From Spirochaetia bacterium (GTDB lineage: Bacteria; Spirochaetota; Spirochaetia; DSM-16054; Sediminispirochaetaceae), in NCBI GenBank assembly GCA_034520965.1, contig JAXHMY010000007.1, positions 1 through 64,000 on the forward strand: a DNA stretch of 64,000 bases. Reading direction: 5' to 3'. Both the position numbers and the translations under genes were made by a program. The notes below the pieces were generated by a model. It was not told where the DNA came from. It did no database searches and saw nothing but the letters and a program-made list of their open reading frames with translations. This document shows, one piece after another, positions 30,271 through 39,455 of the stretch. How positions within the stretch are numbered: position 1 is the first letter of the stretch; each line of letters starts with the position of its first letter.

Positions 30271-30705
30271 ATGCTCCTGATTATCGATTACGTTCTGGTG
30301 TGCGGCTTTCTCTTGTTCATAATGAATGGGCTCGATCGGGTATTGCTTACCTATGCGGTATTCTCAAAAGATATTCTGCCTGGTGTGCAGCTTGTCATAG
30401 AAGCCTCCAATGGTATCGGCGCTGATGACGCGAAGAAAGCAATCGAGAAAGCCCACCGGAGGAAAGATCAAGTTAACAGGGCTTCTGATGAAGGGCGAAG
30501 GAGTTTTAGAGTTGCCTGGGTTACAGCTATCATCGCTCTGATCCTGTCAATCATTACTCATCTCATTTTTTCATCAGAGATTTTGCTCAAAACAACACTT
30601 GGTTGCGGGATCGGAATGGTTCTTTTATCAATGGGGTTCATGCTTCTCAAGTATAGAAAGGTATCTCGCTTAATCGGACTGCTTACCCAAGGATCGTCAT
30701 CATAG
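30271..30705 (+). CDS. Hypothetical membrane protein (about 3 TM)
   Basis: 144 aa; hydrophobic segments; GGAGG RBS. Confidence 0.7.
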   Translation: MLLIIDYVLVCGFLLFIMNGLDRVLLTYAVFSKDILPGVQLVIEASNGIGADDAKKAIEKAHRRKDQVNRASDEGRRSFRVAWVTAIIALILSIITHLIFSSEILLKTTLGCGIGMVLLSMGFMLLKYRKVSRLIGLLTQGSSS

Positions 30706-30720
30706 AAATAGGAGGAGAGA

Positions 30721-31314
30721 TTGAATATGAATAACAGGTATCTAACTGAAGGGGGTTTTGTTCTGTTTATCAGTAAGATAAATGGAAAGACCCGTCCCTT
30801 ACTCGACTACACACTTCACTCGGCAGTGGAAAAAGAAACCCCGCTTCTTTATCTTTCCCTTGAAATGGATGGAGCTGCACTCATAAACCGTTTGATCGAA
30901 AGAAAGTCCGGTATTGGAGAGGGAAAAATACGAAAGGGAGCTCTGTCGGTTGCAGAGTTTGATAGCTTCCGGAAAGGAACAGATGTCATCTATCAATCGC
31001 CTTTGTTCATTGAGGATGGTATTCCCGTTGAACTATCTGATGTAGAGGATATCATCTTAAAAGCAAAGGCAGAATCCGGAGTTGAAATAGTTGTTGTTGA
31101 TTACCCTGGTTTGTTGAAGGTAAACGGTGAGGCCGATTCCACTCGGAGATTAAAGAAAGTGTGCAGGGAACTTTCTCGATTATCAAAGGACCACAGTATC
31201 ACAATTGTCGGCAGTATCCTGCAGCCTCGTTCGGGTAAAATAGAAGATGAAGAAGTGCTCACCTCTCTCGCTGATGAAGTGATAGACCTTAGGTCTGCTC
31301 ATTCTCAAGGTTGA
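30721..31314 (+). CDS. Stand-alone DnaB-like C-terminal (RecA-fold) domain
   Basis: YLSLEM, SPLFIED, IVVVDYPGLL; degenerate Walker A (SKINGKT); no N-terminal domain. Confidence 0.8.
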   Translation: MNMNNRYLTEGGFVLFISKINGKTRPLLDYTLHSAVEKETPLLYLSLEMDGAALINRLIERKSGIGEGKIRKGALSVAEFDSFRKGTDVIYQSPLFIEDGIPVELSDVEDIILKAKAESGVEIVVVDYPGLLKVNGEADSTRRLKKVCRELSRLSKDHSITIVGSILQPRSGKIEDEEVLTSLADEVIDLRSAHSQG

Positions 31315-31345
31315 TCTGTATGCTATCTATAAAAGCAGTATCTGT

Positions 31346-32551
31346 ATGGATGTATTGAAAGTCTTAGCTTTTAACAATGACAAGACGGTTCGGGAGACAG
31401 TGGTCTCATCATTCTTGAACTACTTTCTCGATCCCCAGGGTGATCATGGCCTTGGAAGTGAGCTTTTACTGGAGTTTCTCGAGTATATGCAGGAAGAGGT
31501 TCCTGAGTTGAAGAAGGAAGTACTTGATTCAATACGCTCCTACCAGAAAGCCTCCTCTACATTTATTACCGTTTCCCCTGAATGGAGCGGTTCGGGGGAA
31601 GGGCCTTCAACTCGTAGACGTTTGGACTCACTTATTTCTATTAAGCATGAATCGATGGCTTTTCTCATCGGAATTGAGGTGAAGCTCTATGAAGGTTCGG
31701 TCAGTGACTCCGAGCAGCTTTCGGCCTATGCGCAGATGCTCTCCGATTACAAGAGTGAGATCGTTGATGCGGAGGAGCTTGCGGAAGATTCGGTGTATCC
31801 GGTACTCTGCTATCTGGTTCCATCTGACAGTAGTAAGGCATCAAGCTACGCTAAAGCAGCAAAGAAGACGTGTAAGGAGCTGGGGGTAAGTGGAGTATAC
31901 GTGATGGGATGGTCTTTGGTGGAGGGATTCATCAAGCACGTTCTTGATAAGCAGAATGACGGGTCTATTTCACCAGCCGACACACATGCTATGCATATTC
32001 TGAAAAGTCTCCGTAATGCTGCCATAAAGAACTTCCGGTTTGAGCTGCCTGTTATTCGTTCGGCTGCTAAATTCCCCTCCAACTCTCAATATGAAGAGGC
32101 GCTGGGAGAGAATAAGCTCCTGCTGGATAGACTGCGTCGGGCAATTGAGATTGATGGGATCAAAAGACCACTCACCGCCAGCCCACGTCATACTGCAATT
32201 GGTATTCCTGCGGTGGCAAATCCTGGTAAAGGCCAGTTCAACTCTCTGTGCAGGGTGGTGACGGTGGATTCCTATGAAGAAGGTAATGTACTCGAACAGT
32301 TTGTACTTCAAATCGACAAGGGAATATATGAGAAGGGGTTTGATGAGATAAAGACCACCCTGAATGCCTTTGAGGGCAGAGCCGACATCACGGACAAGGA
32401 TGAGAAGGGCAATCAGTATTATCATCCGAATGGCAAAGCCGATGAGCCGGTCTATAGAATTCGTTTCACCGGACCCTCTGAAGATGAGGATACCGATATA
32501 AACGGTTTGAGAACCCTTATGAAGATTCTGCGGAAGTATTTTCCGAACTAG
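31346..32551 (+). CDS. PD-(D/E)XK nuclease-family protein (PDDEXK_4-like)
   Basis: ETVVSSFLNYFLDPQGDHGLG, RRLD...IGIEVK, QLSAY. Confidence 0.8.
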   Translation: MDVLKVLAFNNDKTVRETVVSSFLNYFLDPQGDHGLGSELLLEFLEYMQEEVPELKKEVLDSIRSYQKASSTFITVSPEWSGSGEGPSTRRRLDSLISIKHESMAFLIGIEVKLYEGSVSDSEQLSAYAQMLSDYKSEIVDAEELAEDSVYPVLCYLVPSDSSKASSYAKAAKKTCKELGVSGVYVMGWSLVEGFIKHVLDKQNDGSISPADTHAMHILKSLRNAAIKNFRFELPVIRSAAKFPSNSQYEEALGENKLLLDRLRRAIEIDGIKRPLTASPRHTAIGIPAVANPGKGQFNSLCRVVTVDSYEEGNVLEQFVLQIDKGIYEKGFDEIKTTLNAFEGRADITDKDEKGNQYYHPNGKADEPVYRIRFTGPSEDEDTDINGLRTLMKILRKYFPN

Positions 32552-32622
32552 ACGTTTAGACTCTGTGCTGGTGCGTACCAGGGCAGAGTCTTGTTGTATA
32601 ACCATTCTGTTTTTTTCCCCAC

Positions 32623-32641
32623 TGTGACAATAAACGGCACA
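32623..32641. promoter_or_regulatory. Palindromic box 2 (putative WYL-regulator site)
   Basis: TGTGAC-AATAAAC-GGCACA (one mismatch), followed 10 nt later by TACAGT preceded by TG (extended -10-like); 38 bp before the dnaE ATG. Confidence 0.7.
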
Positions 32642-32679
32642 CTGATGCTGCTACAGTAGAGGTCTATAGGAGAAAGACA

Positions 32680-35076
32680 ATGAACGAAAGCAAGAGCCAA
32701 TTTTTCCACCTCCATGTCCATTCGGAATACTCCCTCTATGACAGCACTGTTCACCTGCATCGATATGTAGAAGAGGCCACGCACCGGGGATTAAAGCACC
32801 TGGCTGTCACAGATAGTGGGAATATGTTCGCTGCGCTTGAGTTCTACAGGCTGTGCCAAGAGGCAGGAATCAATCCCATCATCGGATGTGAGTTTGTCCT
32901 CTCCTCCGCCTCTGCTACCACTGACCGAGTAAGTGAGCGTGGGACCATCCTCCTGATTGCAGAGAATAACCAGGGCTACCATAACCTGATGCAGCTGAGC
33001 ACACATTATCATCTTGATAACGCAGAGCTCCTACTCACCGATACTCTGCTGCGGGAATATCATCACTGTCTTATAGCTCTCACCGCTGGGATGGAAGGAG
33101 AAGTATCATGGCAATTAATGCAAGGCAAGTATGAGCAGGCTGAAAATAGGGTGTTGGAGCTGCAGGAGATCTTCGACAAGGATTCACTGTTCTTGGAGCT
33201 CCAAGATAACGGAACAGAAGAGAGTAAGACAGTCAATGAGGGGCTTTCCGTTCTTTCAGCTCGCCTTGGTATTCCGTTGGTTGCTGCTAATCCGGTTCAC
33301 TACCTACATAGAGAAGAGGCGCAGGCCTGTCAGGTCCTCCAGAAAATCGGTTCTCTTTATCACAAGGGAATGAAGTACAACTCGGAAGGACAATCGGATC
33401 AGCAGTACCTTAAAAGTGAAGATGAGATGCATGCTCTCTTCTCTGAGTTTCCGGAGGCCATCGAGAATACGCTGCACATTGCCCAGAGGTGCAGAATAGG
33501 TCTTCCCATGAGTGCTCCTGAATTACCGATGTTGGATATCCCAAGTGAATACCCATCCTCCCATGAGTATCTCAGGGCTCTGGTGATGGAAGGTCTATCT
33601 GGTCGGTATAAACAGGTTTCGCAGGAGGCATATGAGAGAATAGAGAAGGAGCTTGCGGCGCTACAACAGGTTGGGTATACCGATTATCTCCTTATTGTTG
33701 CTGACTATATCGGTTTTGCCTGTAAGAGTGACATTCCAGTGGGACCTGGCAGGGGTGCTGCAGCTGGTTCTCTTGTCGCATATGCCCTGGGAATAACTGA
33801 CATTGATCCTCTGAAGTATGGGCTTCTCTCTGAACGGTTCCTCAACCCTGAACGGATTGCCAGCCCAGATATTGATACCGACTTCTGCTATGATCGGCGT
33901 TGGGAAGTGATGGATTATGTGAGGGATAAGTTTGGAGAAGATCGTACAGCCAATATCATCACCTTTGGAAGGTATAAAGCTCGGTTGGCTGTTCGTGATG
34001 TTGGCAGAGCAATGGGGCTTTCTTATTCTGAGATAGAATCTTTGGCCAGGAAGATTCCATTACAACCAAGTATGAACCTTAAAAGAGCTTTGGAAGATAA
34101 TGTCTATCTGCAAAGGGCAGCAGCTGAAAACCCGTTGAATGGAAAAGCTCTGATGATAGCACAGGTGTTGGAAGGCCTTCCTATTCAGGTTTCAACCCAT
34201 GCAGCTGGTATCGTCATTTCTCGGAAGGCAATTACATCTTACTCTCCCCTGTATAGGGACCGGCAGCACTATGCTGCATGCACCCAGTACACAAGTGACC
34301 GCCTAACCGAACTGGGGCTGGTAAGGTACGACTTTCTGGGCTTCAAGGTGCTGACCCTCCTACAACAGTGCCGAGATAAGATTCGGGAGAATAGATCAGG
34401 TTTTGAGCTTACTCACATTCCTGATGACGATAAGCTTACCTTCCAACTGCTGGGAGACGGCACTACCACGGGAGTTTTCCTCTGCGAGAGCTCCGGTATG
34501 AAGGGCATTCTCCAGAAGGACAAGCCTCAGAATATCGAAGAGCTTACCGCCCTCACTGCACTCTATCGGCCAGGGGCCATGGAGCTGATACCGAGGTATA
34601 TTGAAGCAAAGCAGTCCGGTAGACTTGCGCATTTAATTCCAGATCTTGAGACTATCCTGGCCTCAACCTATGGAATTCTCGTGTATCAAGAGCAGATTAT
34701 GGAAATAGCCCATGCTGTGGCAGGGTGGCCCTACGGAAAGGCTGATATTCTCAGGCGAACCTTGTCGAAGCCGAATGAGCAGCTCGGAGTATCGATGAAG
34801 AGAGGCTTCGTTAAAGATGCAATGGGGCTTGGTGTGTCTAAGGATTCTGCGGAAGGGATTTTTGAAATGCTAACTGAAGCTGGTACATATGCTGTACTCA
34901 AGGCTCATAGCATATCTTACTCGCTGTTGGCCTACCGGTCTGCATTCCTGAAGGCTCATTTCCCTCAAGAGTTCATGCAGAGCTTGTTGAAGGTTGAAGA
35001 GGATAATCCAGCCAAGTATGAAGATTACAGCAAGGAAGCTGCACGAATGGGGCTGTTAACTGATACGTTTTCGTAG
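32680..35076 (+). CDS. dnaE: DNA polymerase III alpha-subunit paralog, C-terminally truncated (798 aa)
   Basis: HLHVHSEYSL, GPGRGAAAGSLVAY, PDIDTDF, THAAGIVI, YDFLG, YQEQIM; ends just after the HYPAEF-equivalent segment. Confidence 0.92.
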   Translation: MNESKSQFFHLHVHSEYSLYDSTVHLHRYVEEATHRGLKHLAVTDSGNMFAALEFYRLCQEAGINPIIGCEFVLSSASATTDRVSERGTILLIAENNQGYHNLMQLSTHYHLDNAELLLTDTLLREYHHCLIALTAGMEGEVSWQLMQGKYEQAENRVLELQEIFDKDSLFLELQDNGTEESKTVNEGLSVLSARLGIPLVAANPVHYLHREEAQACQVLQKIGSLYHKGMKYNSEGQSDQQYLKSEDEMHALFSEFPEAIENTLHIAQRCRIGLPMSAPELPMLDIPSEYPSSHEYLRALVMEGLSGRYKQVSQEAYERIEKELAALQQVGYTDYLLIVADYIGFACKSDIPVGPGRGAAAGSLVAYALGITDIDPLKYGLLSERFLNPERIASPDIDTDFCYDRRWEVMDYVRDKFGEDRTANIITFGRYKARLAVRDVGRAMGLSYSEIESLARKIPLQPSMNLKRALEDNVYLQRAAAENPLNGKALMIAQVLEGLPIQVSTHAAGIVISRKAITSYSPLYRDRQHYAACTQYTSDRLTELGLVRYDFLGFKVLTLLQQCRDKIRENRSGFELTHIPDDDKLTFQLLGDGTTTGVFLCESSGMKGILQKDKPQNIEELTALTALYRPGAMELIPRYIEAKQSGRLAHLIPDLETILASTYGILVYQEQIMEIAHAVAGWPYGKADILRRTLSKPNEQLGVSMKRGFVKDAMGLGVSKDSAEGIFEMLTEAGTYAVLKAHSISYSLLAYRSAFLKAHFPQEFMQSLLKVEEDNPAKYEDYSKEAARMGLLTDTFS

Positions 35077-35084
35077 CAGAGGCA

Positions 35085-35801
35085 TTACTCCTCCGGAAGA
35101 GCATCGAAGAACTTGTAAATCAGCCAAGAGGGCTTTTTCTCACCGGTTACTTTGTCCACTGGTGCAGTAAGTGGATAATACCCGTCATTGAGGGCCCGTT
35201 GTACGGTGGTATAGTATCCAGAACGATCTCCCCATATCTGAACTTCTCCGTATTGAGGATCGGTGGAGATGATTGGCTGGGTAATTGTCGGTAAACCTTG
35301 GGAGACTGGTTCTCCTCCGAACATGAGGCTGTGGTCGCCTTTCTGGAAGAGTATAAAGAAGTTCAATTGGTATCTGTTTACAGCTCGCTTAAGATCATCC
35401 GGCATAGACCGCCATGCGTTTCTGTACCACCTGTTAAGTTGGAGCATGTAGATTTGAGGAACACTGATAGGAAGGAGTCTCCGATTACCAGGTTTGAATG
35501 GACGACCGAAAGCATCTTTGGGTGGCTCCTCCGGGGTGTAATCCGGGATCATGATGATAAGTTGTATCTGGTTATTAGCAGCACTGGCACCTACTCGATA
35601 ATCAAAAGCTGGTTCCATATTGCCGAGGCGTTCGGTTATAAACTCTTCGTCGAAGTGGGGTTTCAAGGTTTCTGGTAGCTGGTTAAAGACCTGCAAGGAC
35701 TTTCCGCTGGAAAGGTTGTAGGTGGTCTGGGCTTCCAGGCCTATGGATAAAACAAGGGTGAGAATTGCAGACAAGATAAGTGGTTTCAAATTGTTCTTCA
35801 T
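35085..35801 (-). CDS. Hypothetical secreted protein
   Basis: Signal peptide MKNNLKPLILSAILTLVLSIGLEA; AAGGAG RBS. Confidence 0.75.
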   Translation of the reverse strand: MKNNLKPLILSAILTLVLSIGLEAQTTYNLSSGKSLQVFNQLPETLKPHFDEEFITERLGNMEPAFDYRVGASAANNQIQLIIMIPDYTPEEPPKDAFGRPFKPGNRRLLPISVPQIYMLQLNRWYRNAWRSMPDDLKRAVNRYQLNFFILFQKGDHSLMFGGEPVSQGLPTITQPIISTDPQYGEVQIWGDRSGYYTTVQRALNDGYYPLTAPVDKVTGEKKPSWLIYKFFDALPEE

Positions 35802-35850
35802 GCAGAAGCTCCTTCGTCAGTTGGTTACAACCCTACTAATATCAGCTGTG

Positions 35851-35869
35851 TGTGCCGATTTTTGGCACA
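35851..35869. promoter_or_regulatory. Palindromic box 3 (putative WYL-regulator site)
   Basis: TGTGCC-GATTTTT-GGCACA, 49 bp upstream of the minus-strand start at 35801. Confidence 0.75.
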
Positions 35870-35969
35870 GAGGGCTTTTCTTTTAAGTAGTAGGTTGAAC
35901 AATTTGAATAAAGAAATTAGACATTCTAATGAAACCAGAAAGGGGGGACGGAATAATATGAGCTTGTTT

Positions 35970-37454
35970 TTACAGCCCCTCTCGAAGATGCTGATACAGC
36001 CTAACCATCGCAAGAGTATCCAGACGACAGTACTCCTTAAGCCCCTGTGCCAGTTCTAGACGTTTGGACCGGTCTTCTTCTTTTATAAGCTGGTCCCATA
36101 CCACCTGGGCAGCTCCTCCGTTCTGCACATCAAGGTCCTTGTAGCTAAGTTCCGGTACCAGTACTGGCAGAATAGCTTTGATAGAGTTCGACCCTCCGAA
36201 TGCAGGATGGAAGTAGTAGTCTCTGAAGATCTTCATGAGGTCGAAGAACCTGTCCAGCATTCCTCTTAGCTGAGTTCGGTATTCTGGGGTAACAAAAGAA
36301 AGTTCTTTTATTACTCGCTTCTCGAAGCTGTCGTTGAAGGCAATGATGGTACCGTCTGGGCCAATATCTCGGCAGAGCTGTTCGGCCAATGGCCCTCTGG
36401 GGTCGGTATTATCTGTATGCAAATATTCGCTGTGGCTCAGCTCTCCATTCTCTTGCAGGATGTGCAGGCTGTATTGGAAGGCATACTGGTCATAGGGCCG
36501 TAATCCTGGAAGCCTTGGGACTGCGTCCATTTGGGTCTCGAAGTCAAGGAAATATAAGGGGTACTGGAGTGCGGCAAGCTCGTCTCTAATAGCCGGCCAT
36601 AGTATCTGTGCTTTGTTTTGATCGAAAAGTCCCACGTATCGTCTCTGGTTCTCTGAGAAGGGAAAGGTGTCCGGAATATCGTAGATTGAATAGATGTCCT
36701 GAGCAGTGAGCCTGTCGATCTTCTGTGCACTTATCCGGGGAATGGAGAAGATGGAAGGCTCCTTCACCTCCCTCCAGCAGTGGTCTTTGAATGGACATTC
36801 ATAGGGCTGCAGGCAGTGTTTTCCGATTTTAATATCCGGTGCTTGGGGTAACTGGAGGATTGAATGGAACTCTGCGACCTTCGGGTGTAATGCCTTCCAC
36901 ACTATCTCCGTCTCCTCGGTGATATCATCCAGTTCAAAGAGCTCCTGAAGGTCTGGGTATCGGCACTTACGGTTTAGATGCATCAGGTATACCCCTGAAA
37001 CTTCAAGGCCTGAACCTTCCACTACATAGCGCTGCACTGCACTGTCGGCTATATGGGTGTCGCTGGTCTTGGTGGTGGATTTAACCTCAATGACGTTCCA
37101 GGTTCCGTCGATTCGCTGCTGGAGAATGTCTACCCGTACGAAGATACCGTCGAAAAGGAAGGCTGGTTCAAAGAGGACCGGAGCTCCCTGCTGTAAAAGT
37201 TCTTGGGTGTGTTTTAGTGTTCTTTCCGGTTGCCGGAAGTCTCCGTCTACAAGTACCCCTTCGGGGTATTGCTCACAGGCAAGCTCTCCGACAGTATGCC
37301 CTGTATCGAAGATACGCTGCTGGGATGGAGTAGGAGGGCTTGCCAGGTCTCTATGGTATGTCTCTAAGTACAGACGTTTGCTGCACTGAAGGCCGTTGAT
37401 GAATCTGCTTTTGCTCAGTGAACTGTATTTTGTTTTTTCTTTACTCCCATTCAT
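35970..37454 (-). CDS. DUF2779-domain protein (Cas4/RecB-like nuclease plus DnaQ/RNase H-like domain)
   Basis: LSKSRF...QC, RVDIL...IEVKS, C..P..C.F..HC, FLDFET, SIKAILP, YCRLDT. Confidence 0.85.
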   Translation of the reverse strand: MNGSKEKTKYSSLSKSRFINGLQCSKRLYLETYHRDLASPPTPSQQRIFDTGHTVGELACEQYPEGVLVDGDFRQPERTLKHTQELLQQGAPVLFEPAFLFDGIFVRVDILQQRIDGTWNVIEVKSTTKTSDTHIADSAVQRYVVEGSGLEVSGVYLMHLNRKCRYPDLQELFELDDITEETEIVWKALHPKVAEFHSILQLPQAPDIKIGKHCLQPYECPFKDHCWREVKEPSIFSIPRISAQKIDRLTAQDIYSIYDIPDTFPFSENQRRYVGLFDQNKAQILWPAIRDELAALQYPLYFLDFETQMDAVPRLPGLRPYDQYAFQYSLHILQENGELSHSEYLHTDNTDPRGPLAEQLCRDIGPDGTIIAFNDSFEKRVIKELSFVTPEYRTQLRGMLDRFFDLMKIFRDYYFHPAFGGSNSIKAILPVLVPELSYKDLDVQNGGAAQVVWDQLIKEEDRSKRLELAQGLKEYCRLDTLAMVRLYQHLREGL

Positions 37455-37472
37455 TATGCTAACTCCTCTGAT

Positions 37473-38507
37473 CTAACGGTTATACACCTTTGAAAGGGAG
37501 CTTATCAGCATCTTAAACTCTTCGATGAGCTCCGGTGGATTGGTTATTTTGGCTTGGTCCCCGAAGCTCAAAACCCAACGGAGCACATCAGCCTTGCCGG
37601 ATGTTTCCATAGTTAAGCTAAGCGAACCGTCCTGCTGTTCGGTAATTTCCTGGTTTTTCGCCCATGTTCTGCCGCGAACCCTCCGGGCGGCGGCCGAGGT
37701 AAACTGGATGGTGATCTCTACAGCGTCTCCAAGAGTAAGGTCAAAAGTAGTTTCAAGTAGTTCCTCCGGGTAGAAGTTATTCGGTTCATCAAAATGTTTA
37801 TTGAGTAAGCTAATTTCTTCTATTCTGTCGACTGCAAGGATGCGAATTACTTTTGGGCCGGGAAGTTGTGCAAAGAGGTATAAAGCGCCGTCGTGTTCAA
37901 AAAGCCGAAGCGGATCTATATTGTAGCTCTTAGTGCGGCCATGGGACAGGGCTGTGTAGGTGACTGTGCAGGAGATTCGTTCCACGATTGCCTTTAATAG
38001 ATTCTCAAAAATTACTTCGAAGTGCGAATAGTTTTTGGGGTGGTGAGAAGCGGAGACGAATATCGACTGAAGGCGATCGGTTTGGGCTGCTGAAAGGTAG
38101 TCGGCGGGTATTAGTAGACCGAGTTTCTGCCGTACCGAAGCGAGCAGACTCTCTACCGGTGTACCGGTAAATACTCGATCACGGGAGAGAAGAAAGTAGA
38201 GTGCCAGCTGTTCTCGCAATGTCAGTTTTACATCCGGCAGCCGCAGGTTCGGGAGGTTGTGTAGATAGCTCTCCTCCAGGTGCCAGCGTTTCTCCCTTTC
38301 TCCGGGAATCGTATTATCATAGACCGGAAATTGAAGCTGCTCCAACGTTTCGAAAAGACGATACACCGATCTTCTAGAAATACCCAGCTGTCTTTGCAGC
38401 TCTTTAACTGTTACCCCCTGTGGGTTTGAAAGAGCATCGATTGCCCTGAGAATTTTTATTAAATTTCTTCCATGCACATTGTCAGAATACTCTGTTTTCC
38501 GGTTCAT
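37473..38507 (-). CDS. WYL-domain transcriptional regulator (HTH-WYL-WCX)
   Basis: HTH (ELQRQLGISRRSVYR), IDPLRL...LYL...IRILAVDRI, WCX WVLSFGDQAKITNPPEL. Confidence 0.92.
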   Translation of the reverse strand: MNRKTEYSDNVHGRNLIKILRAIDALSNPQGVTVKELQRQLGISRRSVYRLFETLEQLQFPVYDNTIPGEREKRWHLEESYLHNLPNLRLPDVKLTLREQLALYFLLSRDRVFTGTPVESLLASVRQKLGLLIPADYLSAAQTDRLQSIFVSASHHPKNYSHFEVIFENLLKAIVERISCTVTYTALSHGRTKSYNIDPLRLFEHDGALYLFAQLPGPKVIRILAVDRIEEISLLNKHFDEPNNFYPEELLETTFDLTLGDAVEITIQFTSAAARRVRGRTWAKNQEITEQQDGSLSLTMETSGKADVLRWVLSFGDQAKITNPPELIEEFKMLISSLSKVYNR

Positions 38508-38543
38508 CGCAAGCTCGCAGTAGTATCATTACTACTCCACAAC

Positions 38544-38562
38544 TGTGCCGAAATCAGGCACA
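38544..38562. promoter_or_regulatory. Palindromic box 4 (putative WYL autoregulatory site)
   Basis: TGTGCC-GAAATCA-GGCACA, 36 bp upstream of the WYL start. Confidence 0.78.
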
Positions 38563-38573
38563 ATAAAAGACTT

Positions 38574-39455
38574 TTAAGTAACATTTTCCTTTGATGTGAG
38601 GGTCTTGAAGAAGTCTTCATCTTCAATCCGAGATATGGGACTGCTGTTCCATTGGTCTAAGTATTCGCCTAATATAGACAGCAGCTTTCTGTTTGTCTTG
38701 TTCTCAATTTTTTCAATTAAGTTCTTCGCCGTATTGAAACCCAGAACAGGCAAGGAGGAAGAAGCAGAATTACTAAAGAGTTTCTCTGTCACCGATTGCG
38801 GGGCGATTAGCAAAGGAGAGTAGTTAATATGGCTTAGGTCGGGGACAGTATCCTCTGACTTTAAAAACTTAGCCTTCTGAAATCTGTTGGTGTTGTTAAA
38901 AAAATCCTCGAACATATTGCCGAGGCGTTTGGTGAGGCCCATTGCACTGAAATTGTGGAGCAGATACAGGTACTTTCTCGGATTATTGCTTGCTAAAATC
39001 ATTTCGATGATTTCCGATACAATTCCGCCAAAATTCCCTCTTTCCTGCGGAATGCTGGTCTGCAGCTGCTCCATATACTCATTCTGGGTCTCTCGTGCGG
39101 AGCTTTCATCGGTCTTTAGCTCAACGAAGAGTACGTTCTCTATGCGCTTTAGCTCCTTATCGGGAATGAAGAGGGCGAAGTCCACGGCAATAGCCTGGTG
39201 ATGGTCGGTTTCCTTAAAAAAACGAAGGGGGAGAGGAAATTCAGGAATGATATGTGCCTTAGCCATGCACTCCGCTGAGATCTCCTTAGGCAAAGAACTG
39301 TTTCCATTCCTAACAAATTGTGCAAGTAAATCCGGAAGAATGAAGGAGAGAATTACATCAAAATGGCGTTCGAGCTGGAACTTCGGATAAAACCTCCACT
39401 TGTTTAATCTTGATAATAATGATTCGATTGTGAATTCCGGCTGTTCTTTATACAT
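38574..39455 (-). CDS. Hypothetical protein, probable PD-(D/E)XK-fold nuclease
   Basis: PEFPLP...VDFALF...FVELKTD...Q.EY motif order. Confidence 0.6.
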   Translation of the reverse strand: MYKEQPEFTIESLLSRLNKWRFYPKFQLERHFDVILSFILPDLLAQFVRNGNSSLPKEISAECMAKAHIIPEFPLPLRFFKETDHHQAIAVDFALFIPDKELKRIENVLFVELKTDESSARETQNEYMEQLQTSIPQERGNFGGIVSEIIEMILASNNPRKYLYLLHNFSAMGLTKRLGNMFEDFFNNTNRFQKAKFLKSEDTVPDLSHINYSPLLIAPQSVTEKLFSNSASSSLPVLGFNTAKNLIEKIENKTNRKLLSILGEYLDQWNSSPISRIEDEDFFKTLTSKENVT

